Origin: a virus
Lineage: Duplodnaviria; Caudoviricetes
Length of the DNA stretch: 46,208 nucleotides
Strand: one strand, 5' to 3'
IMG/VR virus record: IMGVR_UViG_3300031949_000069
Coordinates: 1-46,208 of that record
Shown one piece after another: positions 33,983 through 44,359 of this stretch. Position numbers and translations under genes: made by a program. The notes beneath the pieces are model-generated. The model was not told the DNA's origin, did no database searches, and was given only the letters and a program-made list of their open reading frames with translations. Numbering within the stretch: position 1 is the first letter of the stretch; each line of letters opens with the position of its first letter.

Positions 33983-34242
33983 TCATACCCAAAGACCCCG
34001 ATGGCGTATTGGATTATAGCTTCGACTGGACCGACTGGCTTGCCGGCGATGAAATTCTGACAAGCGACATGATCGTCCCCGCCGGATTGACCAAGGACGG
34101 GGAAGAGCACATCACCGCTATTGCCACGGTCTGGCTCTCGGGCGGGACGGCCGGAACTTCCTACACCGCCACCAACCGCATCACCACGGTCGGAGGTCGC
34201 ACCGACGACCGCTCCATAACCGTGCGAGTCAAAGAGCGCTGA
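33979..34242 (+). CDS. Small Ig-like fibre-tail adaptor protein
   Basis: KDPDGVLDYSFDWTDWL...TVWLSGGT.G..Y...NRITT..GRTDDRSI. Confidence 0.75.
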   Translation: MIIPKDPDGVLDYSFDWTDWLAGDEILTSDMIVPAGLTKDGEEHITAIATVWLSGGTAGTSYTATNRITTVGGRTDDRSITVRVKER

Positions 34243-34245
34243 TCC

Positions 34246-37200
34246 ATGCCCGACTATATCGGCCAGGTCGAAGTCCCCGAGATCGCTCCGAGCGGCACCT
34301 TCCCCATTACGAGCGACTATGGCCATGGTCTGGAGCACGAACCCCAGGTAGTAGTGCATCGCTTCGGGAGCGGCAACGCCAAGATCGAGCAGCGGTTTTA
34401 CCTGGGGAACGGGGCTCGACGCTTCACAGTCCGGAAAGCTCGGATGCGGGAAGCGGACCGGATCGCGCTCAAGAACTTTTGGGAGAATCATTACGGCCCT
34501 TATGGAGCCTTCACCTACAATGCCCCCGACGACGATGGCGTCGGTACGACGGCCTACACGTGCCGCTTCGCCGACGAGCCCTTGTCGTGGGAATTTCTAT
34601 CTGATCAGATCTCCTCGGCCGGCGTTACCCTGATTGAGATCCCCTCGAGTCCGCCGACCTATACCCTGAATTCCACGGTCACGCGTTTTCCCTCGAGCGG
34701 CCTGCAGACAGCGCTCTTATCCCAGGTCCAGAAAATCATTCCGTTGGTGAAGATCCAGCCGCGCGAGACCGGTTATCCCGCGATCCATGTGTCAGACCGG
34801 CGCTGCACCGTCGGCGCGCAGCTCTACCAGGCGCGGCTGCTTGAATTCGAGGGTATTTCCCAATCGATCGGCAACGAGTCCGATGAGGCGGGATTTTTGT
34901 TTGGTAATGCGGATCGCGTGATGCGCGAGCTGGCCAACGACGTCGGCCTGGCGCGGGCTTCCCTGGAGTTCAGCCTCTTCCATGTCGGGACCGGGATCAA
35001 GCTCGATCTCTGGAAGGGCGAGGTCGTTCGCTGGGATTTCGATGACGGCCCTGCATTCCGACTGACGGCCGCCGACGGGATCTACGAGCTCACGCTGCCC
35101 TATCCGACCCGCCGCATCAGCCGCACCTGCTGGAAGTGCTTCGACGACGGCAACGGCTGCCCGTTCGCGACCCAAAGCTCCGGGATGGATTATGTTCATT
35201 TTCCGGACGCGGATCCGGATGTATGCGACAAGGGCTACGACACCGCGAGCGGTTGCCTGGCCCACGGGATGAAGCGCTATTTCGGCGGAGTCCTGGCCGA
35301 GCCGCAGAGCATCAAAATCAAGGACAACAGCACGGGCACCTGGGGCTTCAGGCGCTCCATGATGACGAGCGTCAGCCTGGTATCGGAATCGATCTACGAC
35401 CAGATGATTCCAGAGATATATACCGATACCGACATGCAGGTGAATTGCAGGCTTGCCGCGGGTCGAGAGGAATCGGACTTCTATGACGCGCTCGGCATTG
35501 TGGGGGAGGGCCCGCTCACCTTCGGCGACGGGCATAAGCTCGACGGCGAGTACCACCACGGTCACCCCGGAGTGGCCGGTCTGCGCGAGGTAGAGGGCAG
35601 CGATCCGGCGGGCGCCGGCGAATACTTCTCGCTCGGCCAGGTGGGCGACGCCGACGGCGACTGGCGCAAGGCCGAGGTCGGCGATTACGTTTTCCGCGAC
35701 AACTACGCCGCCGGCATTGCTTTCCTCGAAATGCGCCGGACCGATGAGACGGGGCGGCAGCTCTCACAGGTGTCGGACCACGAAATGCAGGCCGTGGTCA
35801 GGTACGGCCTGTACGGCTGGATCTGGACCGGCGCCGGCGCGCGCACCTGGCAGATCCTCACCAATCCGATCTGGATCGCGGTGAACATGATGCTGCGCGC
35901 GCGCGGGCTGCGTTACGCCAACGCGGCAACGGCCGAGCAATATTTCGATGTCGTGGCCGCCATAGCCGCAGCCGCGATCTGCGACGAGAGTGTTACGCCG
36001 ATGATGGACCGCGAGCGGACCATCTGGATCCCGGAGGAGGAGGATCCTGAGAATCCCGGCGAGATGATCCCGGGCCATTGGATCACGGAGCCGGTGGCCC
36101 TTGAAGCCCAGTTCCGGTTCCGCGGGATACTCCAGGAAGAGAAGCCGCTGCGGGATTGGATCCAGGAAATTCTGATGAATTGCCTGGGCTACTACAGCTT
36201 CGTTTTCAACAAGTTGAAGCTCGGGATCCGAATCAATTCATCGGTCGAGGAGGCCTTCACGGAAGGTAACATCCTCCTTCACAGCCTCAAGCTCGCCTCG
36301 ATCAACCCCGCCTTCAACCACTTGACCGCGTACTTTGCCGACGAAGAGTTTGAGGCGGCGACCAACTCGGTCTTGGTCTATGACATCGACAACGCCAAGC
36401 TGATCGGAGGGGTGGCGGCTCCGCTATACACGAAGGGGCAGATCAACCTTTCGGGAGCCGCGACCAAGTCGCAGGCCGGCCGGATCGTGACGACCAGACT
36501 GCGCGAGGAGCTCGGCGGCATCACCGAGGCGCAATGGAAAGCCGGGCGTGAGCTCTCGCTTCTGACCACGGTCCTGGCCCTCAACGTTGAGCCCGGCATG
36601 GTCTGCTCGATGACTCATCCAGATATGCCCGACGGCATGCTCGACGGGGAACCCGAGCCGAACTACGGCGAGTTCCGCGTCACGGGCTGGCGGCTCAACC
36701 GGGATTACTCGATCGAGATTACGGGCAGGACCACGGTCGACGAGATGTACGACCTGACGGTCGGGCCGAGGCCCGCGGACGTCCAGGCGCCGGCGCTTCC
36801 GATCGAACTTCCGTCGATGCCGCCGCGGGCGACAGGCGGGAAGGCGATCGCCGGATCGGGCAACGCATCCGGAGATCCAACGGTCACTGAGCTCCTGGTC
36901 CAGGATGACGTCAACCCGGACTTCTACCACCGTAAGATCCAGGTCGAGTTCACGCCTCCGCCCGCAGAGTACAACAATGTCTTCTCGCGGCGCACGCTCC
37001 TGGGCTATATCTCGCAGGATGACGAGGGCGGCTCCATCCCGGGCGACCAGGTCGTCTATGTGGAGGTCTGCCCCCGGAAAGAGGATCTTGACGGCATCGC
37101 CTCAGAGCCAGTCAAGATCACGATTCCCGCCGGAACGTCGACGAACAGCTTCACGATCCAGTGCCGGCTGCCGGCGGAAGCCACTCACTACTCGGTCCGG

Positions 37201-40200
37201 ATCGGGCCGACCGTCGGGAGGATGTACGGCCTCGGCAGTCCGATCGCGTCTCCCGGGACGGACTGGTTTGAGATCGTCGTCACAAATATCTCAGGCCTCA
37301 ACTCCGCATCGCTATCTCCGGATCCGCGGTACCACCACGCGCACGTTTTCTATTACTACGACGGCTCAGCCGAGAATGTGCGCGACGGCGGCAAGACGTC
37401 GGGCCCGGAAGATACCGAGCTGATATTCGAGCCCGAGGCCCCGGAAAGCGCCGACGCCAACATCACGGTTGTTGTGCGTTCCTCGAACGAGGATGAAAGC
37501 GATCTCTTCCCGTTCGACGACAGCCCGGCTGCCGGCGCCGCGCTCACAAAGGACAGCGGCAACCCAAGCGGCGCCGCGAACCTCGATATTTTGACGACGA
37601 TCGATGATGCGGATATCCCGCCCGGCATGGTGGTGTTCGAGTGCGACCCGGAGCTTGTGAACGCGTCGAGCATATACCGCTTCGATGTCTGGATGTCCAC
37701 GGCCCTGCCGGCATACGGACCCTACCAGGCAGAGCGCGACGCGCATGCCGACGAGATTATCGAGGGTCCCTACGCGGTCACGATCCTGCCGGGCAACAGG
37801 CGCGTATCTGTGACCAGGTCCGCCTCGGCCGACGTCATCAACGGCGTTCTACTCATTTTTACCAACGACGCCTCGCCCGATTCAGATCTAGAAGGCATGG
37901 TCGTTCAGGCGCAAGGCACAAACTATCTGGATGTCGACAAGGCCTTCGCCAAAGCCGGCGCCTACACCGGTTATGTGATCACCCCGAATTGGACACTGCT
38001 TCCATTCTATCGATCATTCCGCATCGATGAGATCGGAGGGGTAGCGGCCGAGAAATGGCGGACGCCTCCGGCGCCCTGTCCGATCGGCACCTTTTATGCG
38101 ACTGCCGCCGCCCGGTCCAAATATGGAGTCGGCACCAGGCTGACGGCGGGGCCCTTCACCTTCCAGGCCGGCGGCGAGGCTCCGGACGATGTTGTCCCAG
38201 AGGACCTGCTTGAGGAGGTCGTCTACGCCAAGGACGGCGCGGCTCTGTCGGTAGTGACCGTTGAGGTTACCTACCCGGCAACGAGCATTCCCGCGGGCGT
38301 CGACGTGTATTGGAAGAGGCGCGATGATACGCTCGGCTCGCTGCATCTCGGAACCAAACTGCGCGAATCGGCCGCGGACGAGGATCCGAATCTTTCGGGA
38401 GTACAGAACATCGGGCTTCTCCCGCCGCTTCCATTTGCGGCCGATTCCACGATCGACGTTTTCTATCACGCCCTGAATTCCTCGGGCTACGGGAAGGCGA
38501 TCGAGTGGCTTGAGACCGAGACCGTCAAGACCCTGGCGACCGAAGGCGGGATCGACGCGGATCCGGACACGGTGCTGGTGGAGTTTTCGAGCATCACCGA
38601 TCTCGCCGCCGGGGACATTGTCAAGATCGACACTGAGTATCTGGTGTTGGTTTCGGTCGAGAATGTCGCCGGGCATTGGATCTGGACGGTGCTGCGCGCG
38701 CAGCATGGCACGGCGATCGCGTCCCACGCTTTCGGGGCCAATTGCACCAAGATCGTATGTTCCATCCCCTACAACTCGAAGCTGCTCGATGGGGAGACGG
38801 ACACGCTCCCGCAGGTTCCCGATGTCGAGGCGCTCTCCGGCGAAAAGATCATCAAGCTGCGCTGGGCACACTACGCCACACCGCAGGATCGGCGCGTCAA
38901 GCACTACAACATCTACCGCGGCGACACGGGCAATTACGATTTCGCGCAACTCGTGGCCCAGGTCGACACGACGTTTTATGTCGACATGTTTGCCACGGCG
39001 TCCGATACCAGGTACTACTATTGGGTCCGGGCCGTCAGCAACAGCGGCATCCTGGGCGCCAACCTCACCAGCGCGGTCGCGGCCTACCAGACCGGCGACG
39101 AGGGCGTGCCCGATGATCTCACAATCGTGGTGATCGCCGAGCGGCAACTGAACGGCGCGACGCAGTACACCTGGGGTGTCGACTTCGTCGGCGTTCAGAA
39201 TGCCGCCGGCATCGAGCATGTTCTGGTTCAGATCGCGCGCGATCCCTCGTTTGCCGATCCGATCTTCGACCAGACCTATGGAGCGTTCCCGGTCAGCGGT
39301 ACCTGGAGCACAACCGAGCTCGGCACCTTCTTCTTCCGGGCAAAGGCCGAAAACGCTTTCGGCTGGTCCGACTGGTCGCCGACCGTGGCGAAAACTCCGG
39401 GCGATACGTTCATCGTGCCCGATACGAGCTATCCCGGGACGGTGCAGAACCTGACGCTTGAGGCAGCAGACGCCGATCCGACGGCAAGCGGCCTTGAGCT
39501 TGTCGTCACCTGGAATCCGCCGGCAGATGGCCTGAACACGCTGTTCCATTACGGCGTGATGATCCACAACAACGTCACCTTCCCGGCCAACACAATTCAC
39601 AAGGCGGCCGCCGGAGGCCTGCAGTTTCATCCGGGCTCGGACGAATTTACGGATCCGAACTTTGACTTCACCGGCCAGGAGGGGCGCTACATTTTCGTTT
39701 ACCGCGGCAGCTACGATGCTGACGACCACAACCTGATCATGGGCGATCGGATCAAGGAAGTGGTGCCCGGTACCGACGGCCATACCGTCACCCTGTACAC
39801 GACGTCCCGGTACGATCATTCGGACGGAACCTACCAATATGCCATCGTGACGCCAGCCTGGGTGCAGTGCATCCGGCCTCTGGTGATCTCCCCGAAATCG
39901 CTGGGGGGCCCGATCAACATGCAGGAATCGAGCTTCCGCGAAATCGTGAGCGGACTCGGGCCCGGCACCTATTACGTAAAGGTGCGCGGGGTGAACGCGC
40001 ACGGTTTCGGCGACTATGCGACCGCCGGCCCGGCCACCATTGCGGGTATTTCGGCTGATGATCTCGACGAGGACGTCGCCGACGCTATTGATGCGGCTGG
40101 AGGGCTGATCGATACCGCCCTCCCGAGTGTGCTCCAGAATGTGGCCGTGACGGGAGCCGATGGGAGATTTCGCGCGACCTGGGAAGCGCCCGCGACCGGA

Positions 40201-41352
40201 AGCAACCGCCTCATCGACGTCGTGGAACAATATGACACCGTCCCAACGTTCAACTCCGGCAACCTGGTCACCTTCACCTTCGGCCAGTGGATTGCCGACG
40301 TCAAAGGGACCGATCCCAACAAGAGCTATTACTTCCGCATGGCCGCGCGCAACAACAGCGGCCTGGAAAGCAATGCGACAACAAAGGCGATCGTGAATGG
40401 CATCGGCCGTGACGGCGATACCGGCTGGGGGCCGCTCTGTGCTGCGGTTGGACCCATTGCATCAGGACCGCTTCCGACAACGGCCCTCGAAGAGGATACC
40501 CAGGATGGGATCACCGGAGCGATAGCGGGCCTGGATACTTCCGGGGATCTGGTACGGGATGTGACCACCAGTAAAGTGGTCACGAATAGCATTCTGAACG
40601 CCAATGTGACGGCTGCAAAGGTCAGTGTTTCTCACGTCTCTGATCTGAATGCGGACTTGGGAACGATCACGGCAGGCACGATCATAGGCACCACGATCAA
40701 GACTGCTGCCAGCGGAGCGCGAATTGAATTCCAAGGTGCTGGTGGCATCATTTACAATTCAGCCGGCAATCCCATCCTCTATCTCGCGGCCAACGCAAAT
40801 GCCAGATTTGAATTGTCGGATGTAGATTGCGTAGGCTATCTCTTCCTGTCATCGAATATCTGTAATGCCACGGGACAGAACATCATCGACGGACCAAATA
40901 AAAAGTTTATCGGCCTTGGTGGCGTGGACACGGAGGGGCTCGTCGACGCCTATCTGGGATTCAAGGTCGACGGCACTGAAGTGATCAGCTCTAGCAAAGT
41001 CTTTACCGGCCCTGGTGGCATAGCATGTGTCACCGGTAGCCTGGAATTGACAGTTGGTCACATTTCGGTTGGCGATTACATCAACACCCAGGACAGCTAC
41101 CACATTGACGGATCCGACGTGATCAACGCCTCATCCTGTTTTGTCGGCCTTGGTGGCGTGGACACGGTCGGCGACGTGAAGGGCGCTTCGCTTTACCTCG
41201 GCACCTCGGGCGGCGGATATACGCAATTGACGAAGGCAGATCTTGACTCCCTGCTGGCGCTGATCGGCCATGTGCATGGTATAAGCCTCATGACGAGTTT
41301 TGATGAAGGTCATGAGCATTCAGTGATCGGCGAATCAGGCGGCCCATCATAG
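34246..41352 (+). CDS. Large tail-tip/central fibre protein (hub fusion with multiple FN3 domains)
   Basis: 2368 aa; N-terminal gpM-like domain; Cys cluster CWKC...C...C...C; FN3 motifs (YYYWVRAV, FFFRAKAEN, YYVKVRGVN, YYFRMAARN); DLGTITAGTI; repeated GLGGVDT in the C-terminus. Confidence 0.9.
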   Translation: MPDYIGQVEVPEIAPSGTFPITSDYGHGLEHEPQVVVHRFGSGNAKIEQRFYLGNGARRFTVRKARMREADRIALKNFWENHYGPYGAFTYNAPDDDGVGTTAYTCRFADEPLSWEFLSDQISSAGVTLIEIPSSPPTYTLNSTVTRFPSSGLQTALLSQVQKIIPLVKIQPRETGYPAIHVSDRRCTVGAQLYQARLLEFEGISQSIGNESDEAGFLFGNADRVMRELANDVGLARASLEFSLFHVGTGIKLDLWKGEVVRWDFDDGPAFRLTAADGIYELTLPYPTRRISRTCWKCFDDGNGCPFATQSSGMDYVHFPDADPDVCDKGYDTASGCLAHGMKRYFGGVLAEPQSIKIKDNSTGTWGFRRSMMTSVSLVSESIYDQMIPEIYTDTDMQVNCRLAAGREESDFYDALGIVGEGPLTFGDGHKLDGEYHHGHPGVAGLREVEGSDPAGAGEYFSLGQVGDADGDWRKAEVGDYVFRDNYAAGIAFLEMRRTDETGRQLSQVSDHEMQAVVRYGLYGWIWTGAGARTWQILTNPIWIAVNMMLRARGLRYANAATAEQYFDVVAAIAAAAICDESVTPMMDRERTIWIPEEEDPENPGEMIPGHWITEPVALEAQFRFRGILQEEKPLRDWIQEILMNCLGYYSFVFNKLKLGIRINSSVEEAFTEGNILLHSLKLASINPAFNHLTAYFADEEFEAATNSVLVYDIDNAKLIGGVAAPLYTKGQINLSGAATKSQAGRIVTTRLREELGGITEAQWKAGRELSLLTTVLALNVEPGMVCSMTHPDMPDGMLDGEPEPNYGEFRVTGWRLNRDYSIEITGRTTVDEMYDLTVGPRPADVQAPALPIELPSMPPRATGGKAIAGSGNASGDPTVTELLVQDDVNPDFYHRKIQVEFTPPPAEYNNVFSRRTLLGYISQDDEGGSIPGDQVVYVEVCPRKEDLDGIASEPVKITIPAGTSTNSFTIQCRLPAEATHYSVRIGPTVGRMYGLGSPIASPGTDWFEIVVTNISGLNSASLSPDPRYHHAHVFYYYDGSAENVRDGGKTSGPEDTELIFEPEAPESADANITVVVRSSNEDESDLFPFDDSPAAGAALTKDSGNPSGAANLDILTTIDDADIPPGMVVFECDPELVNASSIYRFDVWMSTALPAYGPYQAERDAHADEIIEGPYAVTILPGNRRVSVTRSASADVINGVLLIFTNDASPDSDLEGMVVQAQGTNYLDVDKAFAKAGAYTGYVITPNWTLLPFYRSFRIDEIGGVAAEKWRTPPAPCPIGTFYATAAARSKYGVGTRLTAGPFTFQAGGEAPDDVVPEDLLEEVVYAKDGAALSVVTVEVTYPATSIPAGVDVYWKRRDDTLGSLHLGTKLRESAADEDPNLSGVQNIGLLPPLPFAADSTIDVFYHALNSSGYGKAIEWLETETVKTLATEGGIDADPDTVLVEFSSITDLAAGDIVKIDTEYLVLVSVENVAGHWIWTVLRAQHGTAIASHAFGANCTKIVCSIPYNSKLLDGETDTLPQVPDVEALSGEKIIKLRWAHYATPQDRRVKHYNIYRGDTGNYDFAQLVAQVDTTFYVDMFATASDTRYYYWVRAVSNSGILGANLTSAVAAYQTGDEGVPDDLTIVVIAERQLNGATQYTWGVDFVGVQNAAGIEHVLVQIARDPSFADPIFDQTYGAFPVSGTWSTTELGTFFFRAKAENAFGWSDWSPTVAKTPGDTFIVPDTSYPGTVQNLTLEAADADPTASGLELVVTWNPPADGLNTLFHYGVMIHNNVTFPANTIHKAAAGGLQFHPGSDEFTDPNFDFTGQEGRYIFVYRGSYDADDHNLIMGDRIKEVVPGTDGHTVTLYTTSRYDHSDGTYQYAIVTPAWVQCIRPLVISPKSLGGPINMQESSFREIVSGLGPGTYYVKVRGVNAHGFGDYATAGPATIAGISADDLDEDVADAIDAAGGLIDTALPSVLQNVAVTGADGRFRATWEAPATGSNRLIDVVEQYDTVPTFNSGNLVTFTFGQWIADVKGTDPNKSYYFRMAARNNSGLESNATTKAIVNGIGRDGDTGWGPLCAAVGPIASGPLPTTALEEDTQDGITGAIAGLDTSGDLVRDVTTSKVVTNSILNANVTAAKVSVSHVSDLNADLGTITAGTIIGTTIKTAASGARIEFQGAGGIIYNSAGNPILYLAANANARFELSDVDCVGYLFLSSNICNATGQNIIDGPNKKFIGLGGVDTEGLVDAYLGFKVDGTEVISSSKVFTGPGGIACVTGSLELTVGHISVGDYINTQDSYHIDGSDVINASSCFVGLGGVDTVGDVKGASLYLGTSGGGYTQLTKADLDSLLALIGHVHGISLMTSFDEGHEHSVIGESGGPS

Positions 41353-41360
41353 GAGATTGC

Positions 41361-41777
41361 ATGAAGCTCAGGATTGTACGGAAGGACAAAGACGGTGTTG
41401 AAACGCCGCTCGACGAGTTCGCCAAGATCATCGATAAAAAAACCCGCGCCATGGAAGTGATCGCGGCCGACATGATGCAGATCGATGAAATTGTATACTT
41501 GAGAAAACGCGGAATCATCCAGATGAAAGTGGTCCTGGGCGGCCGCGACAGCCTCGGGGTTTTCCATCAACATCCCGAAATGGAGATGGCCCAGGTCAGC
41601 CTTCACAAAGAGCGTCCGAACGACCTGGCGATCTGGGAGAGGAACAAGCTCGACGAGGTGTTTGATGAGCTCTGGAAAGTATTCAAGCCGTTTCTCCTGA
41701 ACGAGAAGTTCGCGCAGGTGATCGCGGCGAGCCGATGGAATGCGGCGGACGCGGTGATCGCGATCGCAAACGAATAA
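41361..41777 (+). CDS. Hypothetical protein (possible fibre assembly factor)
   Basis: AGGAG RBS; follows the tail tip gene. Confidence 0.7.
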   Translation: MKLRIVRKDKDGVETPLDEFAKIIDKKTRAMEVIAADMMQIDEIVYLRKRGIIQMKVVLGGRDSLGVFHQHPEMEMAQVSLHKERPNDLAIWERNKLDEVFDELWKVFKPFLLNEKFAQVIAASRWNAADAVIAIANE

Positions 41778-41794
41778 GCTCCTGAGGCAAAGAG

Positions 41795-42181
41795 ATGGAT
41801 GTTTCTGAGATCATTGCAGCCTCCGCCACGATCGCGGGATTTGTCGGTGCCGTGGGAGGATTCCTCCTGCGCGGCGCCTTCGGGTTCGGCGCCAAAAAGC
41901 AGAAGTTCGATGGCCTGGTCGCGTCCCACGACGGGCTGAAAAAAGGCTTTGTGGCTCACGAGACCAACACCCGGATCCACATCGATCCGGACCGCGACGA
42001 GAAGGCGATGGACAAATTTGAGCATGCCATTTTCGCCCGCCTCGACGAAATCGGCGGGCAGATCAAGACGTTGGACGCAAGGTGCGAACGCCGCGGCGAG
42101 ACGTGCGGCGGTCATTTTGCCGCGGTCGAGCGAAAGATCTCCGCTATCACCGGTAAGGCGAACGGGGAGCTCGCGCGATGA
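41795..42181 (+). CDS. Single-TM lysis-region protein (holin/antiholin-like)
   Basis: N-terminal TM plus coiled region; overlaps the endolysin start. Confidence 0.6.
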   Translation: MDVSEIIAASATIAGFVGAVGGFLLRGAFGFGAKKQKFDGLVASHDGLKKGFVAHETNTRIHIDPDRDEKAMDKFEHAIFARLDEIGGQIKTLDARCERRGETCGGHFAAVERKISAITGKANGELAR

Positions 42182-42630
42182 CGGCCTGGGACGAGTACCA
42201 GCGATCGCTTCTGGCTCTCGTGATCTGGCGAGAGGCGCGCGGCGAGGGCCCCGCCGGCATGCTGGCCGTGGCCTGCACGATCCGCAACCGCGTCGACCGG
42301 GCGTCCTGGTGGGGCAAGTCGTTCGCTGAGGTCATCGGCAAAAAGTTGCAGTACAGCTCCATGGCCGCCCCGGGGGATCCGCAGCTCCTGCGCTGGCCGC
42401 GGTCCGAGTCCGATGAGGGATTCAATACCGCGCTGGTGATCGCGGAGATCGTCATGCGCCGCGGCGCCGAGTCTCCGGTACCGGGCGCCGACTCCTACTA
42501 CGATATCTCGATTCCGGCGCCTGAGTGGGCGACCCCGGAGACCTACGTGGGCGCCCTCGGCCGGCTGCGATTTCACAATCTCGATCACGACGTCGAGTTG
42601 CCGGCGATCGAGAATAAGGTGTGGCCATAA
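42178..42630 (+). CDS. Endolysin, SleB/Hydrolase_2-type cell wall hydrolase
   Basis: LALVIWREARGE...GMLAVACTIRNRV...QYS...GADSYY...PEWA...GRLRF. Confidence 0.9.
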   Translation: MTAWDEYQRSLLALVIWREARGEGPAGMLAVACTIRNRVDRASWWGKSFAEVIGKKLQYSSMAAPGDPQLLRWPRSESDEGFNTALVIAEIVMRRGAESPVPGADSYYDISIPAPEWATPETYVGALGRLRFHNLDHDVELPAIENKVWP

Positions 42631-42639
42631 GGAGACGGT

Positions 42640-42990
42640 ATGACGGATAAATCAGCCTGGATTGCGTATCTCGCCGGCGCGCTGCTGGCCCTCGCCTGGA
42701 AATGGCTGGTGTGGGTCCGGACCGGGGCAGACCTCGGCAAGCCGGTAGCTCTCTCAACCCGGGAGTGGTTCAGTCTGACGCTCCGGTCGGACAAGATCTC
42801 CTGGGCCACGACGGCCGGGTGCGTCTGGGTCGTCGGGAGCATCTACATCGACCGGATCGTCGCGATCGCGGCGCTCGAGTCGATTCCGGTGGCGGACTCC
42901 ATCGCGTTCGTCCTGGGGTCCCTGGCTGAGTTCACCTGTCCGGGCATCGCGAAATACATCAACGGCCGGCTCGGTGGAGGTGAGGCATGA
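42640..42990 (+). CDS. Putative holin
   Basis: AAGGAG RBS; about three hydrophobic segments; next to the endolysin. Confidence 0.6.
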   Translation: MTDKSAWIAYLAGALLALAWKWLVWVRTGADLGKPVALSTREWFSLTLRSDKISWATTAGCVWVVGSIYIDRIVAIAALESIPVADSIAFVLGSLAEFTCPGIAKYINGRLGGGEA

Positions 42991-43415
42991 TCCCCCTGGT
43001 AGCTCTCTGGGCAAATCCCTGGGTCCGCCGGGTCGCGCTGTACGCGGCGATCGCCGCCGCGGCCTGGTACGGGCTGCGTCTCTACTCGAATCGGGTCTAC
43101 AGCCAGGGCATGGTTGCGGGCCGGCAGGCGGCCGCTGTCGAGCTCGAGCGGGCCAAGCAAGGTGAATGGGCAGCCGAGCGCGAAAAGCTTGCCGGTGAGG
43201 CACAGATCCTGGTTGTCGCCCGGAATAAGCTCGCCTCAGAGACTGCCGATCTCGCCCGAGAGCGGGCCGCGATCAATCGGACCCTGCAGCAAGTTATTGC
43301 CGCATCCACCGCCGGAAAGGGGGTAATCGATGCACAGGTATCTGCTGTTGCTGTGTCTGATCTCGACGCCGTGCTTCGGACAGTCTCCGCCGAGCTCGGC
43401 CGCCCCGCTAAGTGA
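42987..43415 (+). CDS. Putative i-spanin (Rz-like)
   Basis: N-terminal TM followed by an Ala-rich coiled coil; implies a diderm host. Confidence 0.65.
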   Translation: MIPLVALWANPWVRRVALYAAIAAAAWYGLRLYSNRVYSQGMVAGRQAAAVELERAKQGEWAAEREKLAGEAQILVVARNKLASETADLARERAAINRTLQQVIAASTAGKGVIDAQVSAVAVSDLDAVLRTVSAELGRPAK

Positions 43416-43719
43416 GGCCGAGAAGCGGACCATCCTGGCCCAGCTCCTGGAGCTCAAGGTTGCCCGGGAGATGATCGCGAGTCTGCAGGCCCTGATAGCG
43501 CGGGAGCAGGAGCAGGACGGCCGGGAGCGCACCGCCTGGGAGCGGGCTCTGGAGCTCGAGCGCCAGGCGACCGGCCTGGCCCAACGAGAGATGGCCCTCG
43601 AGCGGGAGCGGGCTGAGTTCTATGAGTCCGCCTACAAGCTGTTGATGAAGAAGAAGCCGGGAGTTGGCTGCTGGCTGAAACGGATCTTCACCCTGGGAAT
43701 CGCCAGGTGCGGAGGCTGA
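43330..43719 (+). CDS. Putative o-spanin-like secreted coiled-coil protein overlapping the Rz-like gene
   Basis: Signal sequence MHRYLLLLCLISTPCFGQ in an overlapping frame; coiled coil; amphipathic C-terminus. Confidence 0.55.
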   Translation: MHRYLLLLCLISTPCFGQSPPSSAAPLSEAEKRTILAQLLELKVAREMIASLQALIAREQEQDGRERTAWERALELERQATGLAQREMALERERAEFYESAYKLLMKKKPGVGCWLKRIFTLGIARCGG

Positions 43720-44022
43720 ATGCTGCATGCCATTGATCGATTCGTCGTCCACTTTTTCTCCTCGGCCGGCGCCCTGCTGCTCGCCCTGTTCACATTCCGC
43801 TATCTCTGCCGACGTCTCGACGTCGACTGGCTGCCGTCCAGGCTCCCGGCGCAGATCGTGTTCGTCGCCCTGGGGGTGTTCTCATTCGCCACGCTCCGGG
43901 AGGCCTGGGATGTCGCGCACGGCCAGGTCCTCGCCAAGGCCATCACGGATTACGTTTCATGGGGCGCCGGGCTCGGATGTTCAGCGTACGGCCTGTTACA
44001 ACTCTCTAAGGAAAAGGACTAA
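43720..44022 (+). CDS. Membrane protein (3 TM)
   Basis: GGAGG RBS; hydrophobic segments. Confidence 0.65.
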   Translation: MLHAIDRFVVHFFSSAGALLLALFTFRYLCRRLDVDWLPSRLPAQIVFVALGVFSFATLREAWDVAHGQVLAKAITDYVSWGAGLGCSAYGLLQLSKEKD

Positions 44023-44026
44023 CATT

Positions 44027-44359
44027 ATGACAGAGAAAGTTTTAGGGGATTATCTCGGATTGCCCATCAGCGAATTCTGGGCGAGTCAGCCCAAGGCGGG
44101 CGGTGTCTCGGCATTTGCCGGCGGCGCGGATCCCAATGCGCGCCTGGTCCGGGATGTGGCCGCGGCCCTTCCTCCTGCCCCGGCTCCCGACTACCTCACC
44201 GCGGCCGACCTATGCCGCATGAGCGATCCGGCGGCGCGGATGCGCTACGTCATCGGCACGCCGTACGCGGACCCGTCCGTGCTCGCCCAGCTCTACCGGG
44301 ATGAGCTCGAGGGGGACAAGCCGGTCGACCAGCGGCTCAAGTTCTACCCGAAGTGGTAG
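44027..44359 (+). CDS. Hypothetical protein
   Basis: AAGGA RBS before MTEKVLGDY. Confidence 0.65.
   Translation: MTEKVLGDYLGLPISEFWASQPKAGGVSAFAGGADPNARLVRDVAAALPPAPAPDYLTAADLCRMSDPAARMRYVIGTPYADPSVLAQLYRDELEGDKPVDQRLKFYPKW

Noticed and set aside
38014-40230. 738-aa antisense ORF (also 20977-22251, 33079-34491, 3666-4838 and similar)
   Set aside because: These are shadow ORFs opposite well-supported genes in GC-rich DNA, with no recognisable motifs.
24308-41352. Host assignment to Acidobacteria from remembered similarity of tail genes
   Set aside because: This is recollection only and cannot be verified without a search. The spanin-like genes support only a diderm host; the attP core and spacer 2 are the proper tests.
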